A stretch of DNA of 64,000 bases. It comes from Octopus sinensis. Taxonomy: Eukaryota. Positions 12,651 to 24,580 of the stretch are shown one piece after another (the stretch's first letter is position 1; every line of letters starts with the position of its first letter). The notes below the pieces were generated by a model. It was not told the DNA's origin and searched no databases. It saw only the letters and a list, made by a program, of their open reading frames with translations. Both the position numbers and the translations under genes were made by a program. The stretch lies in assembly GCF_006345805.1 (NCBI RefSeq), contig NC_043006.1:86056001-86120000 (forward strand), written 5' to 3'.

Positions 12651-13805
12651 CACCCCCCACTACTGACTTGGTCACCTAGATCTCCCCCACTACTGACTTG
12701 ATCTAGGTGACCAAGTCAGTAGTGAGGGTGGGTGCGTTGAAAGTGTAACTGCTAGAATAAGAATAGCCTGGGCAAAGTTTAGGGAGCTCTTACCTCTGCT
12801 GGTGACTAAAGGTCTCTCGCTCAGAGTAAAAGGCAGACTGTATGATGCATGTGTACGAACAGCCATGCTACATGGCAGTGAAACATGGGCCATGACTGCT
12901 GAAGATATGCGTAAGCTCGCGAGGAATGAAGCCAGTATGCTCCGATGGATGTGTAATGTCAGTGTACATACTCGACAGAATGTTAGTACCTTGAGAGAAA
13001 TGTTGTACCTAAGAAGCATCAGTTGTGGTGTGCAAGAAAGACGATTGCGCTGGTATGGTCATGTGGCGAGAATGGATGAAGATAGTTGTGTGAAAAAGTG
13101 CCAATCCCTAGCAGTTGAGGGAACCCGTGGAAGAGGTAGACCCAGGAAAACCTGGGACGAGGTGGTGAAGCACGACCTTCGAACTTTAGGCCTCACTGAG
13201 GAAATGACCAGCGACCGAGACCTTTGGAAATATGCTGTATGTGAGAAGACCAGGCAGGACAAGTGAGCCCAGCCCACTTATGCATGCCTTTCCTCCCTTG
13301 GACACAAAGACCTGTTGAGGCAAGCGAAGTTGATATCGAACCTCATCCGACGACAGGCACCCATGCCAACCCCCTCTGCTTGTGAAGACATGTTGGGGCA
13401 AGTGAAATCGAAATCGGAATCGGAATCGAAATTGAACCAATCCTATGACTGGCACCCGGCAGATGCCAGGACCCCTGGACTGGTAGTACGTAAAAAGCAC
13501 TATCCGAATCGTGGCCGATGCCAGCGCCACCTCGACTGGCTTCCGTGCCGGTGGCACGTAAAATGCACCAATCCGACCGTGGCCGTTGTCAGCCTAGCCT
13601 GGCACCTGTGCGGGTGGCGCGTAAAAAGCACCCACTACACTCACGGAGTGGTTGGCGTTAGGAAAGGGCATCCAGCTGTAGAAACATTGCCAGATAAGAC
13701 TGGAGCCTGGTGCAGCCTTCTGGCTTCCCAGATCCCCGGTCGAACCGTCCAACCCAAGCTAGCATGGAGTACGGACGTTAAACGATGATGATGATGATGA
13801 TGATG
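12651..13805 (+). mobile_element. 5'-truncated RTE copy (RT C-terminus, 3'UTR, (GAT)n tail) with short inverted 5' fragments
   Basis: ORF 12802..13266 is nearly identical to the C-terminus of 18795..21365; ends in (gat)n. Confidence 0.93.
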
Positions 13806-13872
13806 TATGTCTCCATTTTCTTATCTTGTATATATATATACACTCACACACACACACTGTCTTCTCTTTTAG

Positions 13873-14153
13873 AAATCGAAGTAATTCTGCACGCAGTTCC
13901 CGATTTGAACAGTCTTCCTCTTGTGAAAGTCTCAACTGTATGACTCTACGGAATCGGTCTTCTTCTCGAGAGCGAAGTAGTTCGCGTGAGCGTCCGACAC
14001 TACGTAGAAAACAATCTAATTCCAAAGAAAGAAAATGTTCCAGAGATGGAGTTTACTCTTGTAGCCATGACAACAATATGAATTCTTCCAGAAACAGCGC
14101 AAATTCTACTGGATCTCATAAGAATTACAGAAGTCGTACTCCTTCACCATACA
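13873..14153 (+). CDS. CCDC61: CCDC61-like exon (Arg/Ser-rich linker ending RSRTPSP)
   Basis: ttttAG and GTgagt boundaries; phase 2 in, phase 1 out, consistent with both neighbours. Confidence 0.85.
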
Positions 14154-14784
14154 GTGAGTTTTGAATTTAAAACACTTCTTTGCCTTGATCTGATTGGCTG
14201 AGTTGATAAAGTATCAGCCAATCAACCACAACGATTTGTATCCAGTTTACTTGTGTCACATTGTACCTTTTGCATATGGAGACACTTAATCCTTTTACTA
14301 CTGTAATTCTGTTTAAATATCTTGTCTTTGTTTGAACAAATTTTGAAACTAATGAAAAACTTAGTAAAATAATTTTGCTATTATTAAGCTGGTGTTTAGA
14401 ACATAAATAACATGAAATATTAATGGATTGTTTTTAATTTAAATGACTTAAAAACAGAAAATTTGTATCATAGCCCCAGGGATGGTCTCAGGCAAGTTGA
14501 GTCTGAATATCTCAGTCCCTGTGGGAAACATAGATTCCATAGGGATATTCAGTTCATTTCTATCAGTAGTGCACTGGTGGTATTGGGGGAGGGGAGAGTC
14601 ATGCGAAGATTATTGGTGTAGACCCTTCTAGGGTGTCAGTGGCGGGTGCTATAGTCGCTTGGTGTTCAGAATTGAAATCTCTCCTCTTTTGTCATTTTGA
14701 ATGGAACTGCCTGCCTTGACTGTGTTACATAGTGACCAAATTCACACAGTATCGTTCCCCAAAACATATCTGTAACTACATATC

Positions 14785-15100
14785 TGTGTGGTAAGAAGCT
14801 TGCTTCCCAACCTTGGGCAAGTGTCTTCTACTATAGCCTCAGGCCAACCAAAGCCTTATGAGTGGATTTGGTTGACAGAAGCTGAAAGAAGCCTGTTGTG
14901 TGTATATATATGTATATGTGTGTGTGTGTGGTCTATGTTTTTACACCCCCGCCAGAGTTCGGCAACCACTGTTGGTATGTTTATGTCGCCATACAGTACC
15001 AGGCTTAAAAAAGTGAGCACTGAGGTCAATTTGTTTAACTAAAAAATTCCCAAGGTGATACCTCAGCGTGGACACAGTCTAATGACTGAAACAAGTAATT
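14785..15100 (+). mobile_element. tRNA-derived SINE, degenerate
   Basis: gtggtaagaagcttgcttccc...gactgaaacaagtaa, same family as 42131. Confidence 0.75.
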
Positions 15101-16074
15101 TATATATAGGAATTTCCAGACAAAATTTAATTTGTTTATGAATGCCTGTTTTCAAACTGATGAATGTTCTGAAACAGTTATTGCTGATAATATGAAGCAA
15201 TGAAATTTCAAGCACCAAGAAACTTTTCTTTTAGTATTTTTACACACCCTTGTTCAACTCATTGACTGTTGCTGGTTTTGTACCATAAACTTTACCTTTT
15301 AAGTATTTCCATAAAAAAAAAGCAACAAAAAACTAGTGGTGTAATGTGGTGTGTTTATAATGTGCATGGTTTATTGATGAAAGGGGACTTGGGACAAGTC
15401 TTCAAATCCTCTTATATATAATGTGTATGTGTGCCTGTATATATATCATCATCATTTAACCCTTTCATTACTGTATTTATTTTGAGGTGCTCTGTGTTTC
15501 TTTCAATTACTTTAAATATAACAAAGAATTTAGTAAACTAACTTAATTATCATTCAGCTAGTGTTAGGAGCATTAATTGTGACTAAGATTTGGTGGAAGA
15601 TTTTAATTCAAAACTTATGAAAACTAGACATTTGTACTCAGAACCAGAGCCAGTTTCAGCCGGGTTTGTAACAAAAGGGTTAACATATGTTTCCATGTGG
15701 GTATGAATTGGATGGTCCGACAGGAGCTGGGAAGTCGGAGATTGTACCAGATGCTTTTTGTCTGTTTTATCATGGTTTCTACTGCTGGATGCCTTTCCTA
15801 AAACCAACCACTTTAGAGTGTACTGGACGCTTTTTATGTGACACTAGCACAGATGCTCTTTTTCATAACACCAGTGCTGGTGCTTTTTACATGGTATCAG
15901 CACCAGTGGGGTCACCAAGTGTCTTGCAAGAAAGACCTCTCTGCTGAGAGAAGGAGTGGAACTGAGGGAAGTGGGTGTGTACCAGGTAAGTGGTTAGAGT
16001 ATAATAGAGTAACAGAGATAGTTGTCTCACTATTGAGGAGATATATGTATATAGTTTCCATTTCTTTTTTCTAG

Positions 16075-16150
16075 CAACATTCCGCAGGTTTGATCCAACA
16101 GCTTATATTAAAGAACAAGAAAGGAAAAAAGAAGAAATTCAAAGACGAAA
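16075..16150 (+). CDS. CCDC61: CCDC61-like exon with RFDPTAY motif
   Basis: TFRRFDPTAYIKEQERKKEEIQRR; RFDPTA(F/Y)(V/I)K is a conserved CCDC61 motif. AG and GTAAGT boundaries. Confidence 0.92.
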
Positions 16151-16246
16151 GTAAGTATTACTTCTACTTATTATTTCCATTAATAATGAAAGTGCATTTG
16201 GTTTTAATGTATTAAGATAACTTAATAATCTTGTAAATATTTTACT

Positions 16247-16658
16247 ATTACAATGGAAAATGCAGACACGGGGGGGGGGCTAATAATCTTAAGTTATTAC
16301 ACCTGGAAAAGTACAGGGCAAGCATATTTATACTTAAAATATTGCAGCTGTAGTTAAAATTTAAATAGATATTTAAATTTAAAAGCTAAAAATAATAGCT
16401 TTTATTAGCTACTCTTTAATTAAAAAGTAACTCAAATAATAAAAAAAAATTTCAGTAGCCCCATTAAAAATGTGCCTCCACCTTTTAATTATAGAGTAGC
16501 TAATAAAAGCTATTATTTTTAGTTTTTAAATCTAAATATATTTTAAAATTTTAACTATAGTTGCAATATTTTAAGTATAAATATGCTTGTCCAGTACTTT
16601 TCTAGGTTTAATAACTTAAGAATATTAACCTCCAGGTGTCTACATTTTTCATTGTAAT
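16247..16658. mobile_element. AT-rich foldback element/MITE
   Basis: Arms of about 180 bp are imperfect reverse complements (attacaatggaaaatgcagacac ... gtgtctacatttttcattgtaat). Confidence 0.75.
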
Positions 16659-17711
16659 CCACTTTTTTCCCAAGCAATGCAATTAAACTAATAAATTGTG
16701 ACAATTAATAATTTATAATTTTACCTGATTAAAAATTTTTCATTTTATTTAATACTTTGGTTAAATAATTTTTTCAATTATTTTTCATGTTTGATGATTG
16801 AATTAAAATAAGAGTACATATAAATTTAAATAAATAAAAAGTGAATTGTAAGAGCACTTTACACTGGCTCATGATAAAATCAAAAATTGAGATAAAAAGA
16901 GAGAGAAATCTTGCAGAAATCTTTCTACTATAGGCACAAACCCTAGCATCACTTTTTTTTCTTTCACTTTTTACCTCATACCTTTTTTCTATAAATTTTA
17001 TTTAATAAAATTAGCATTTTTAGATTCATCTCATTTTGATTTATCATTTGAGCCTAAATAAAATATAGATTGCTTTTAAATTAAGTTTTTTGAAGTCAAA
17101 GTGACTTGAAGGCGTTACGTTTTTTCGGCACTTTTGGCTTCACAACTTCTTTATATTAAAGATTCTTTTGATAAAATCAACATTTTTAGATTCCTCTCGT
17201 TTCAAGAAAGTTACTTTGATTCAAATTCAATTTTTTGCCTTACACTCCATTTTTGGACCTCACATATTTTAACGTAACTTTTTCTACTAAACCAAATCTC
17301 AATATTTTCATGCCAAAATGTAGCTTGGGCAATGATTATTATAGAACTGTTAACAGTTCTGGATTTGGTTGTGAAATGAGTTAGTGACAAAGCTTTGAAG
17401 AAACTGCGAGTGAGTAAATATTGGCCTTAAGAATACTATTCAACCTTGGTAGTGATTGAATGGTATTTATCTCATTAATGCTCTTAAGGAAAAGCTTGAA
17501 CATCACACAATCTTATTTCCACTCTTTACATATCTGATCACTCACACTTATGTCCAATATAGCTTTATCTTGATTAAAGTCCAATAATTAAAGGGGGAAC
17601 AAATTGAGGGAATTGTAACAAACACTCACATATACATACACATTCATTTCCACATATGTACATTCACTCACAGCTACTCTCATATACATATATACATATG
17701 TATTTATATAT

Positions 17712-17931
17712 TCTTTTATTCTTTTACTTGTTTTAGTCGTTTGACTGGCCATGCTGGAGCATTGTCTTTAGTCAAACAAATCGATCCCAGGACTTATTCT
17801 TTGTAAGCCTAGTACTTATTCTATTAGTCTTTTGCTGACCTGCTAAGTTATGGGGACGTAATTACACCAGTATTGGTTATCAAGCGACAGTGGGGGGGGG
17901 AGACAAACACAGACACACAAACATACACATA

Positions 17932-17974
<43 letters not shown>

Positions 17975-18132
17975 CAGGCTTCTTTCAGTCTCCATCTACC
18001 AAATCCACTCACAAGGCTTTGGTTGGCCCGAGGCTGTAGTAGAAGACACTTGCCTAAGGTGCCACACAATGGGACTGAACCCTGAACCACGTGGTTGCTA
18101 AGCAAGCTACTTACCACACAGCCATTCCTGCA
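17712..18132 (-). mobile_element. full-length tRNA-derived SINE
   Basis: Reverse complement of the 42131-42536 family with internal (TA)n. Confidence 0.88.
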
Positions 18133-18271
18133 GGATCCAATAGAATCAAGGTATTTTGATAACGAATAACAATTTCACTTGAGGAAAAGGATTTTTTTAC
18201 ATGATGTAATTGTTTTGTTCATCAATAAAAACACATGTCTGAAACAGGTGTAATGAACCTCATTCCTTTTG

Positions 18272-21200
18272 TCGTCATCATCATCATCATCGTTTAACAT
18301 CCGTACTCCATGCTAGCATGGGTTGGACGGTTCGACCAGGGATCTGGGAAGCCAGAAGGCTGCACCAGGCTCCAGTCTTATCTGGCAATGTTTCTACAGC
18401 TGGATGCCCTTCCTAATGCCAACCACTCCGTGAGTGTAGTGGGTGCTTTTTATGTGCCACCCGCACAGGTGCCAGGCGAGACTGGCAACGGCCATGGTCG
18501 GATTGGTGCATTTTACGTGCCACCGGCACGGAAGCCAGTCGAGGCGGCGCTGGCATCAGCCACGATTCGGATAGTGCTTTTTACGTACCACCAGTCCAGG
18601 GGTCCTGGCATCTGCCGGGTGCCAGTCATAGGATTGGTTCGATTCCGATTTCGATTTCACTTGCCCCAACATGTCTTCGCAAGCAGAGGGGGTTGGCATG
18701 GGTGCCTGTCGTCGGATGAGGTTCGATATCAACTTCACTTGCCTCAACAGGTCTTGTGTCCAAGGGAGGAAAGGCATGCATAAGTGGGCTGGGCTCACTT
18801 GTCCTGCCTGGTCTTCTCACATACAGCATATTTCCAAAGGTCTCGGTCGCTGGTCATTTCCTCAGTGAGGCCTAAAGTTCGAAGGTCGTGCTTCACCACC
18901 TCGTCCCAGGTTTTCCTGGGTCTACCTCTTCCACGGGTTCCCTCAACTGCTAGGGATTGGCACTTTTTCACACACCTATCTTCATCCATTCTCGCCACAT
19001 GACCATACCAGCGCAATCGTCTTTCTTGCACACCACAACTGATGCTTCTTAGGTACAACATTTCTCTCAAGGTACTAACATTCTGTCGAGTATGTACACT
19101 GACATTACACATCCATCGGAGCATACTGGCTTCATTCCTCGCGAGCTTACGCATATCTTCAGCAGTCACGGCCCATGTTTCACTGCCATGTAGCATGGCT
19201 GTTCGTACACATGCATCATACAGTCTGCCTTTTACTCTGAGCGAGAGACCTTTAGTCACCAGCAGAGGTAAGAGCTCCCTAAACTTTGCCCAGGCTATTC
19301 TTATTCTAGCAGTTACACTTTCAACGCACCCACCCCCACTACTGACTTGGTCACCTAGATAACGGAAGCTATCAACTACTTCTAGTTTTTCCCCCTGGAA
19401 AGTGATGGAAGTTGTTTTCTGCAGATTTTCGGAGGTTAATGCTCCCGAGCATCTGCCACATACAAAAACTATCTTCCCAGTTAGCCTACCTTTGACATTG
19501 CTGCACCTCTTATGTGTCCATAGCTTACACTGGGTACATCTTATAGAGTTTCTACCTACACTTTTTCTACAGATCGAGCAGGGCCATCTTCCTGAAGACA
19601 TTTGTGGATTGGCTACCTTTGTACTTATTAGTACTTTGGTTTTAGCTAGGTTGACTCTAAGGCCCCTCGATTCTAAACCCTCCTTCCACACCTGGAACTT
19701 CTCTTCCAGTTCTGATAGTGACTCAGCAATTAGAGCAAGGTCGTCAGCATAGAGGAGCTCCCAGGGGCAACCTGTCTTGAATTCCTCCGTAATTGCCTGG
19801 AGGACTATGATAAATAGGAGGGGGCTGAGTACTGAACCCTGGTGGACCCCAACCTCTACTTTGAATTCTTCTGTGTACATGTTGCCAACCCTAACCTTAC
19901 TTACGGCATCTCTGTACATGGCTTGCACAGCCCTCACTAGCCATTCATCTATCCCTAGTTTCCTCATTGACCACCAGACAAGGGATCGGGGGACCCTGTC
20001 AAAGGCTTTCTCCATGTCAACGAAAGCCAGGTACAGGGGCTTATCTTTGGCTAGGTATTTCTCCTGCAGCTGCCTTACCAGGAATATGGCATCAGTGGTA
20101 CTTTTCCCTGGCACAAACCCAAACTGCATCTCATCTGAACTAACTCTCTCTCTAATTAGTTGGGCTATGACCCTCTCCGTAACCTTCATTACCTGATCCA
20201 ACAGCTTGATACCTCTGTAATTATGTGTATCTAGGGCGTCACCTTTACCTTTGTAGCAGTTGACTAGTATGCTGCTACACCAGTCATTGGGTATGACTCC
20301 TTCGTGTATCACCTGGTTGACTATACGGGTGACTAGGTTATGGTCGACACTGCCAGATATTTTGAGCATCTCTGCAGTATTTCCTGATGGGCCTGGGGAT
20401 TTCCCTGTCTTCATGCTTCTAATTGCTTTAACTACCAAAGAATTGTCAACTCGGATGGCTGGTCCCTCTGTTGGGTTGACATTCGGCAGACTCTCTTTAT
20501 CCCATTCATTTTCTTTATTCAGCAACCTTTCATAGTGGCATCTCCAAACCTCTCTGTTTGCATCCTCATTTAGCGCAAGTGAACCATCATCCATGTGGAC
20601 ACATTTCTCTCCTACCACATCACGATTCTCTCTCACACACTGTCTTGCAACACGAAATACCTCAAGTCTTTCATCCTCACGGCTCAGAACATTGGCAAAT
20701 TTTTTCTTATCCGCTTCCCCTCTGGCTAAATAAACCTGTCTCCTAGCTTCCCTTCTGGCTGTCTGATACAATTCCCTGCTACCACCGTTCTTCCAGTCCT
20801 TCCAAGCCTGTCTCTTTTGTCTAATAGCCCTGTCAACCACAGTGTTCCACCACCACGTTACTCTGGGTCGAGATGGTACTTTGCTCCATCTACAGATCTG
20901 GTCAGTGGCTGTCAGCAGATTGTCCCGTAGAAATCTCCAGTTGTCTTCCACATTAAGTGAAGCTATATCCCCTTCTATTTCGTCAAAGGCTTCGAGTAGT
21001 ATGTCTCTAAATCTCTGTCCATTTGCAGGATCTTTTAGCTTCCAGACCCTTCTCCTCCAAGCAGGTCTTCTTCTGGGCAACCATTTAGCTCTGATCCTGA
21101 AGTCGCTAACTACTAATCTATGTTGAGGAGTACATTCTTCGCCTGGAAAGGTTTTGGCATTTATAAGCAGCCCTCTTTCCCTTTTTCTGGCAAGGATGTA

Positions 21201-21308
21201 GTCAATCTGGCTAGTGTGTCTGCAAGAACGGTAGGTGACTAGGTGAGAGGTGGGTTTCCTGAAGTTGGTATTGCAGACCATAAGGTCATTTGCATCACAG
21301 AACTCCAG
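18272..21308 (-). mobile_element. RTE LINE, 5'-truncated within the APE endonuclease, with an uninterrupted ORF of about 838 codons
   Basis: APE C-terminus (SQIDYIL, QHRLV), RT (QGSVLSP, YADD), PHD finger, 3'UTR and (CAT)n tail; the 5' end abuts (CA)n. Confidence 0.95.
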
Positions 21309-21494
21309 ATATATACACACACACACACACACACACACTTTTAAAAAAGCTGAAAAAATTTTCACAAGTTGTTACTCAGAGTTTCACATTACTGTTTATT
21401 GGACAGTTGTGATCATACTAACTTACTTTACCTTTGAGTACCTGTTTTGTTCCACCTTGTTTATGTGCTTACATGTATGTGTGTGTTTATGTAG

Positions 21495-21537
<43 letters not shown>

Positions 21538-21540
<3 letters not shown>

Positions 21541-22850
21541 TAGTGGGCATGGTTCCACTAATCTGCTAACAGCTAATTAGCGAAGCTAGCTCTTTGTTTT
21601 GCAGTTTAGCATTTTCGCTAACTTTGGAAACTGTTAGCGGACCAATTAGCTTCTGCTAAATTTAGTTCTGCTAACTTTAAGTCTGCTAACAAAATTTATA
21701 CATTTGTTCCTGTTTGTTGTTGGTGTGTCTTGAAGAGTCCATCAAGCACATTATTGACTGACTACATGTTCATGTAACAAGATGTGATTGGTTGATGCAG
21801 CTGCAGCTAGCTGAACAGCATTGTGTGTGTGTGTGGAGGCGCAATGGCCCAGTGGTAAGGTCAGCGGATCTGCGGTCGGAGGATCGCGGTTTTAATTCCC
21901 AGACCGGGCGTTGTGTGTGCCTATTGAGCGAAAACACCTAAAGCTCCATGAGGCTCCGGCAGGGGGTGGTGGCGACCTCTGTTGTACTCTTTCGTTCCAA
22001 CTTTCTCTCACTCTTTCCTCCTGTTTCTTGTCCTCGACTTCCTACGCAACTGCTGAGCCTGGATGCGCATTCATCCATCCGTCGATGCTCTCGGTGTCGG
22101 GGTTGACCTGCTTTCTCTTCTGCGGGATCTTACGAATAGCAAAGGACCACGTTTCGGACTTCTCCCACTAATGGGACGAAGACCGCTTTGCTCAACAAAC
22201 AAACAAAGCAGCATTGTGTAATTCTGCAGTGTTGAGTTGTGTTCACTTACAATGTTGTCACATTACAGACAGTCTTACAGTGTCAGTGACATACAGTGTA
22301 TGTTATTAGCTTATCAAGTTATTGTTTATCGTTATGGAAGATGAAGATGTTTTTGTTTGGCCTGAGGATGAAGGGCCTGTTGAGGAGTCTGCAATGGCTA
22401 TGGATGAGGCAGCAGTCATTCAGATTGAGAGACAGGAGTCTCAGAACCTGTGGTCCAACTTGGAGGACTACTTTGTTTGTTGTTACATCAAGGGATAAGA
22501 GGAACACCAAAATACTGTACTTCCGGTGCATCATATGCCAGCCCAAGGAGACAAGTGGCAAGCCACTACAATTTGAAGTTGCATGTCAAGAGGAAACACC
22601 CAGCGCATGCCGTTCAGTTTGAGGAAAGGAGTTAGGCTGGCTCTTTCCATGGGAAACACAGGCAATCTTCTTGTAGCAGTGCCAGTAGCCAGTATCTAGG
22701 CTGGTGTGCTAAACAAAAAAGTACACCAGCCTAGCATTGGCAAGATGTTTGCCCAAACTGCTGGCACTGGCATCCATCGGTCTGTGATGGACCGAAGGAT
22801 TGTAGACCTGTTTGTCAACAACATGCTACTGCTGCATGTAGTGGAGTTCC
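21538..22850 (+). mobile_element. hAT-like DNA transposon 5' part with decayed BED zinc finger
   Basis: Starts CAGTAGTGGGCA with gctaa subterminal repeats. Fragments W..YF, FRCIICQP and YNLKLHVKRKH lie in shifting frames. Confidence 0.6.
21835..22208 (+). mobile_element. tRNA-derived SINE nested in the hAT element
   Basis: A-box (tggcccagtgg) and B-box-like (ggttttaattcc) motifs; head shared with 62122; (CAAA)n tail. Confidence 0.82.
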
Positions 22851-24447
22851 TTGGCAAGTCTTATAAGTGTTGGTAGCTACAGCAAAGTAAAGAAAGACCC
22901 AACTCTGAAAACAGAGAGGAAGTTGTCACAGATCTTGATCAAGAATAGGGAACACTTTACACCAATAAAGTACAAACAACTAACTCAACACTACAGTAAA
23001 CTACCACACATGTACAGTCTCCCTAAAATTCACAAAGTTGGTATTGCATTAAGACCTATAGTGAGCTGTAGAGGTTCAGCATGTCATCAACTAAGCTGCT
23101 TCCTTGTGGAAATAATCAGTCCATTAGCAGGAAAGTCAACATCATATGTGAAGAATTCCACCCATTTCACAGAATTGACCAAGGATAACCCCCATTGAAT
23201 TCAACGAGATGGTGAGTCTAGATGTGATAAGTCTGTTCACCAAAGTCCCGACTGGTGAAGCACTATCGGTGATTCAAGAAAAACTAGTGACAGACACCTA
23301 TCTAAAAGAATGCACTGGTATACCAATAAGAAACTTGATGGAAATGTTGACCTTCTGTGTAGAAACTACCTACTTCAGTATGGACACTGATATATATCGA
23401 CAAGAAGAGGGTTTAGCTATGGGTTCACCATTGTCACCAATAATAGCCAATATATACATGGAATTCTTTAAGAATTTGGCTTTAGGATCAACACCACTAA
23501 AACCAATCCTGTGGCTGCAATATGTTGATGACACCTTCATACTCTGGCCCCACCAGGAAGATGTCCAAGTGCTGTTAGATCATGTGAACTCAATAAAGCC
23601 ATCCATACAGTTCACAATGGAAAAGGAAAAAAGACAATCAGCTAGCATTCCTGGATGTATTAATAACACGCACCAAGTATGGATTCAGGACATCCATATA
23701 CTGCTAGCTGACTTTCACTGGATGATATCTTAACTTCAATTCCCACCATCTGTACAGTGTAAAGAGAGGAATTGTTCAGTGCCTAAAACATTGAGCAAAG
23801 AATATAAACAGCGATCGTGATACCCACCATGAAGAAATTATCAAGCTCAGTAACAATCTATTAAGCAACAACTACCCCAAAACATACTATCTACTCGAAT
23901 TATGTAGAAAAGAGAGGATGAAACCAATAAACTCTCTACAGTTTGTTTACCCTGTGTGAAAGGTCTCTCCGAAAAGATACAAAAGATATGCGGCCCATAT
24001 GACAGGACAGTATTCAAGAGTAATACAACACTTCGCAAATATCTCCTTCAGGTAAAACCACCAATAGAAGAGAATATGACCAAAAACTGTACTCCATCCC
24101 AAGGCAGCTGTGGTAGGTTATGCAAAGGTGAAACATGCCACCCTATCAAAATATGGGTAGAGGAACATCGCAAAGCTGTGACATGAGGAGATATTGATAA
24201 ATCGGGTATAGCTGATCATGTATGGAAAAATGGAGATCATCTCCCCCTGTGGGATGAAGTTAAAATAATAGACAGAGAGCACCACTGGAAAATATGAAAA
24301 CTAAAAGAAGCAGCACATATGCTAGGACACAACAACCTCCTAAGGAGAGCGAGTGCACATATGAAAAGCATATAGGAACCGGTATTAAGGAAGGATAGGA
24401 AAATATTTGATTTATAAGCCCTAAAAATTCACTCCATAATTGCTCAT

Positions 24448-24520
24448 GGGCATATGGCATAGTGGTTAAGAGCGTGGGCTACTAACCCCAAGATTCCAAG
24501 TTCGATTCCAGGCAGTGACT
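24448..24520 (+). other. tRNA-like module (Pol III A/B boxes, anticodon-like ACT loop) inside the Penelope 3' repeat
   Basis: tggcatagtggtt (A box), ggg-ctactaa-ccc arm, gttcgattcc (B box). The acceptor stem does not pair, so it is not a functional tRNA. Confidence 0.7.
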
Positions 24521-24534
24521 TGAGATGACGACGA

Positions 24535-24580
24535 TGAAGAAGAAGGCTGGAGGGTATATCAGCCGATACGTTGTGTTAAC
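24535..24580 (+). ncRNA. degenerate hammerhead motif of the Penelope pseudo-LTR
   Basis: (a)GAAGA-A-GGCUG-gaggguauau-CAGCC-GAUAC. Stem II is intact but both core strands are mutated. Confidence 0.5.

Noticed and set aside
15157-15180. ctgatga...gaaac hammerhead-like motif
   Set aside because: No convincing stems I, II or III; likely chance.
24448-24520. Functional tRNA-Ser gene
   Set aside because: The acceptor stem does not pair, there is no long variable arm, and it is embedded in a retroelement end.
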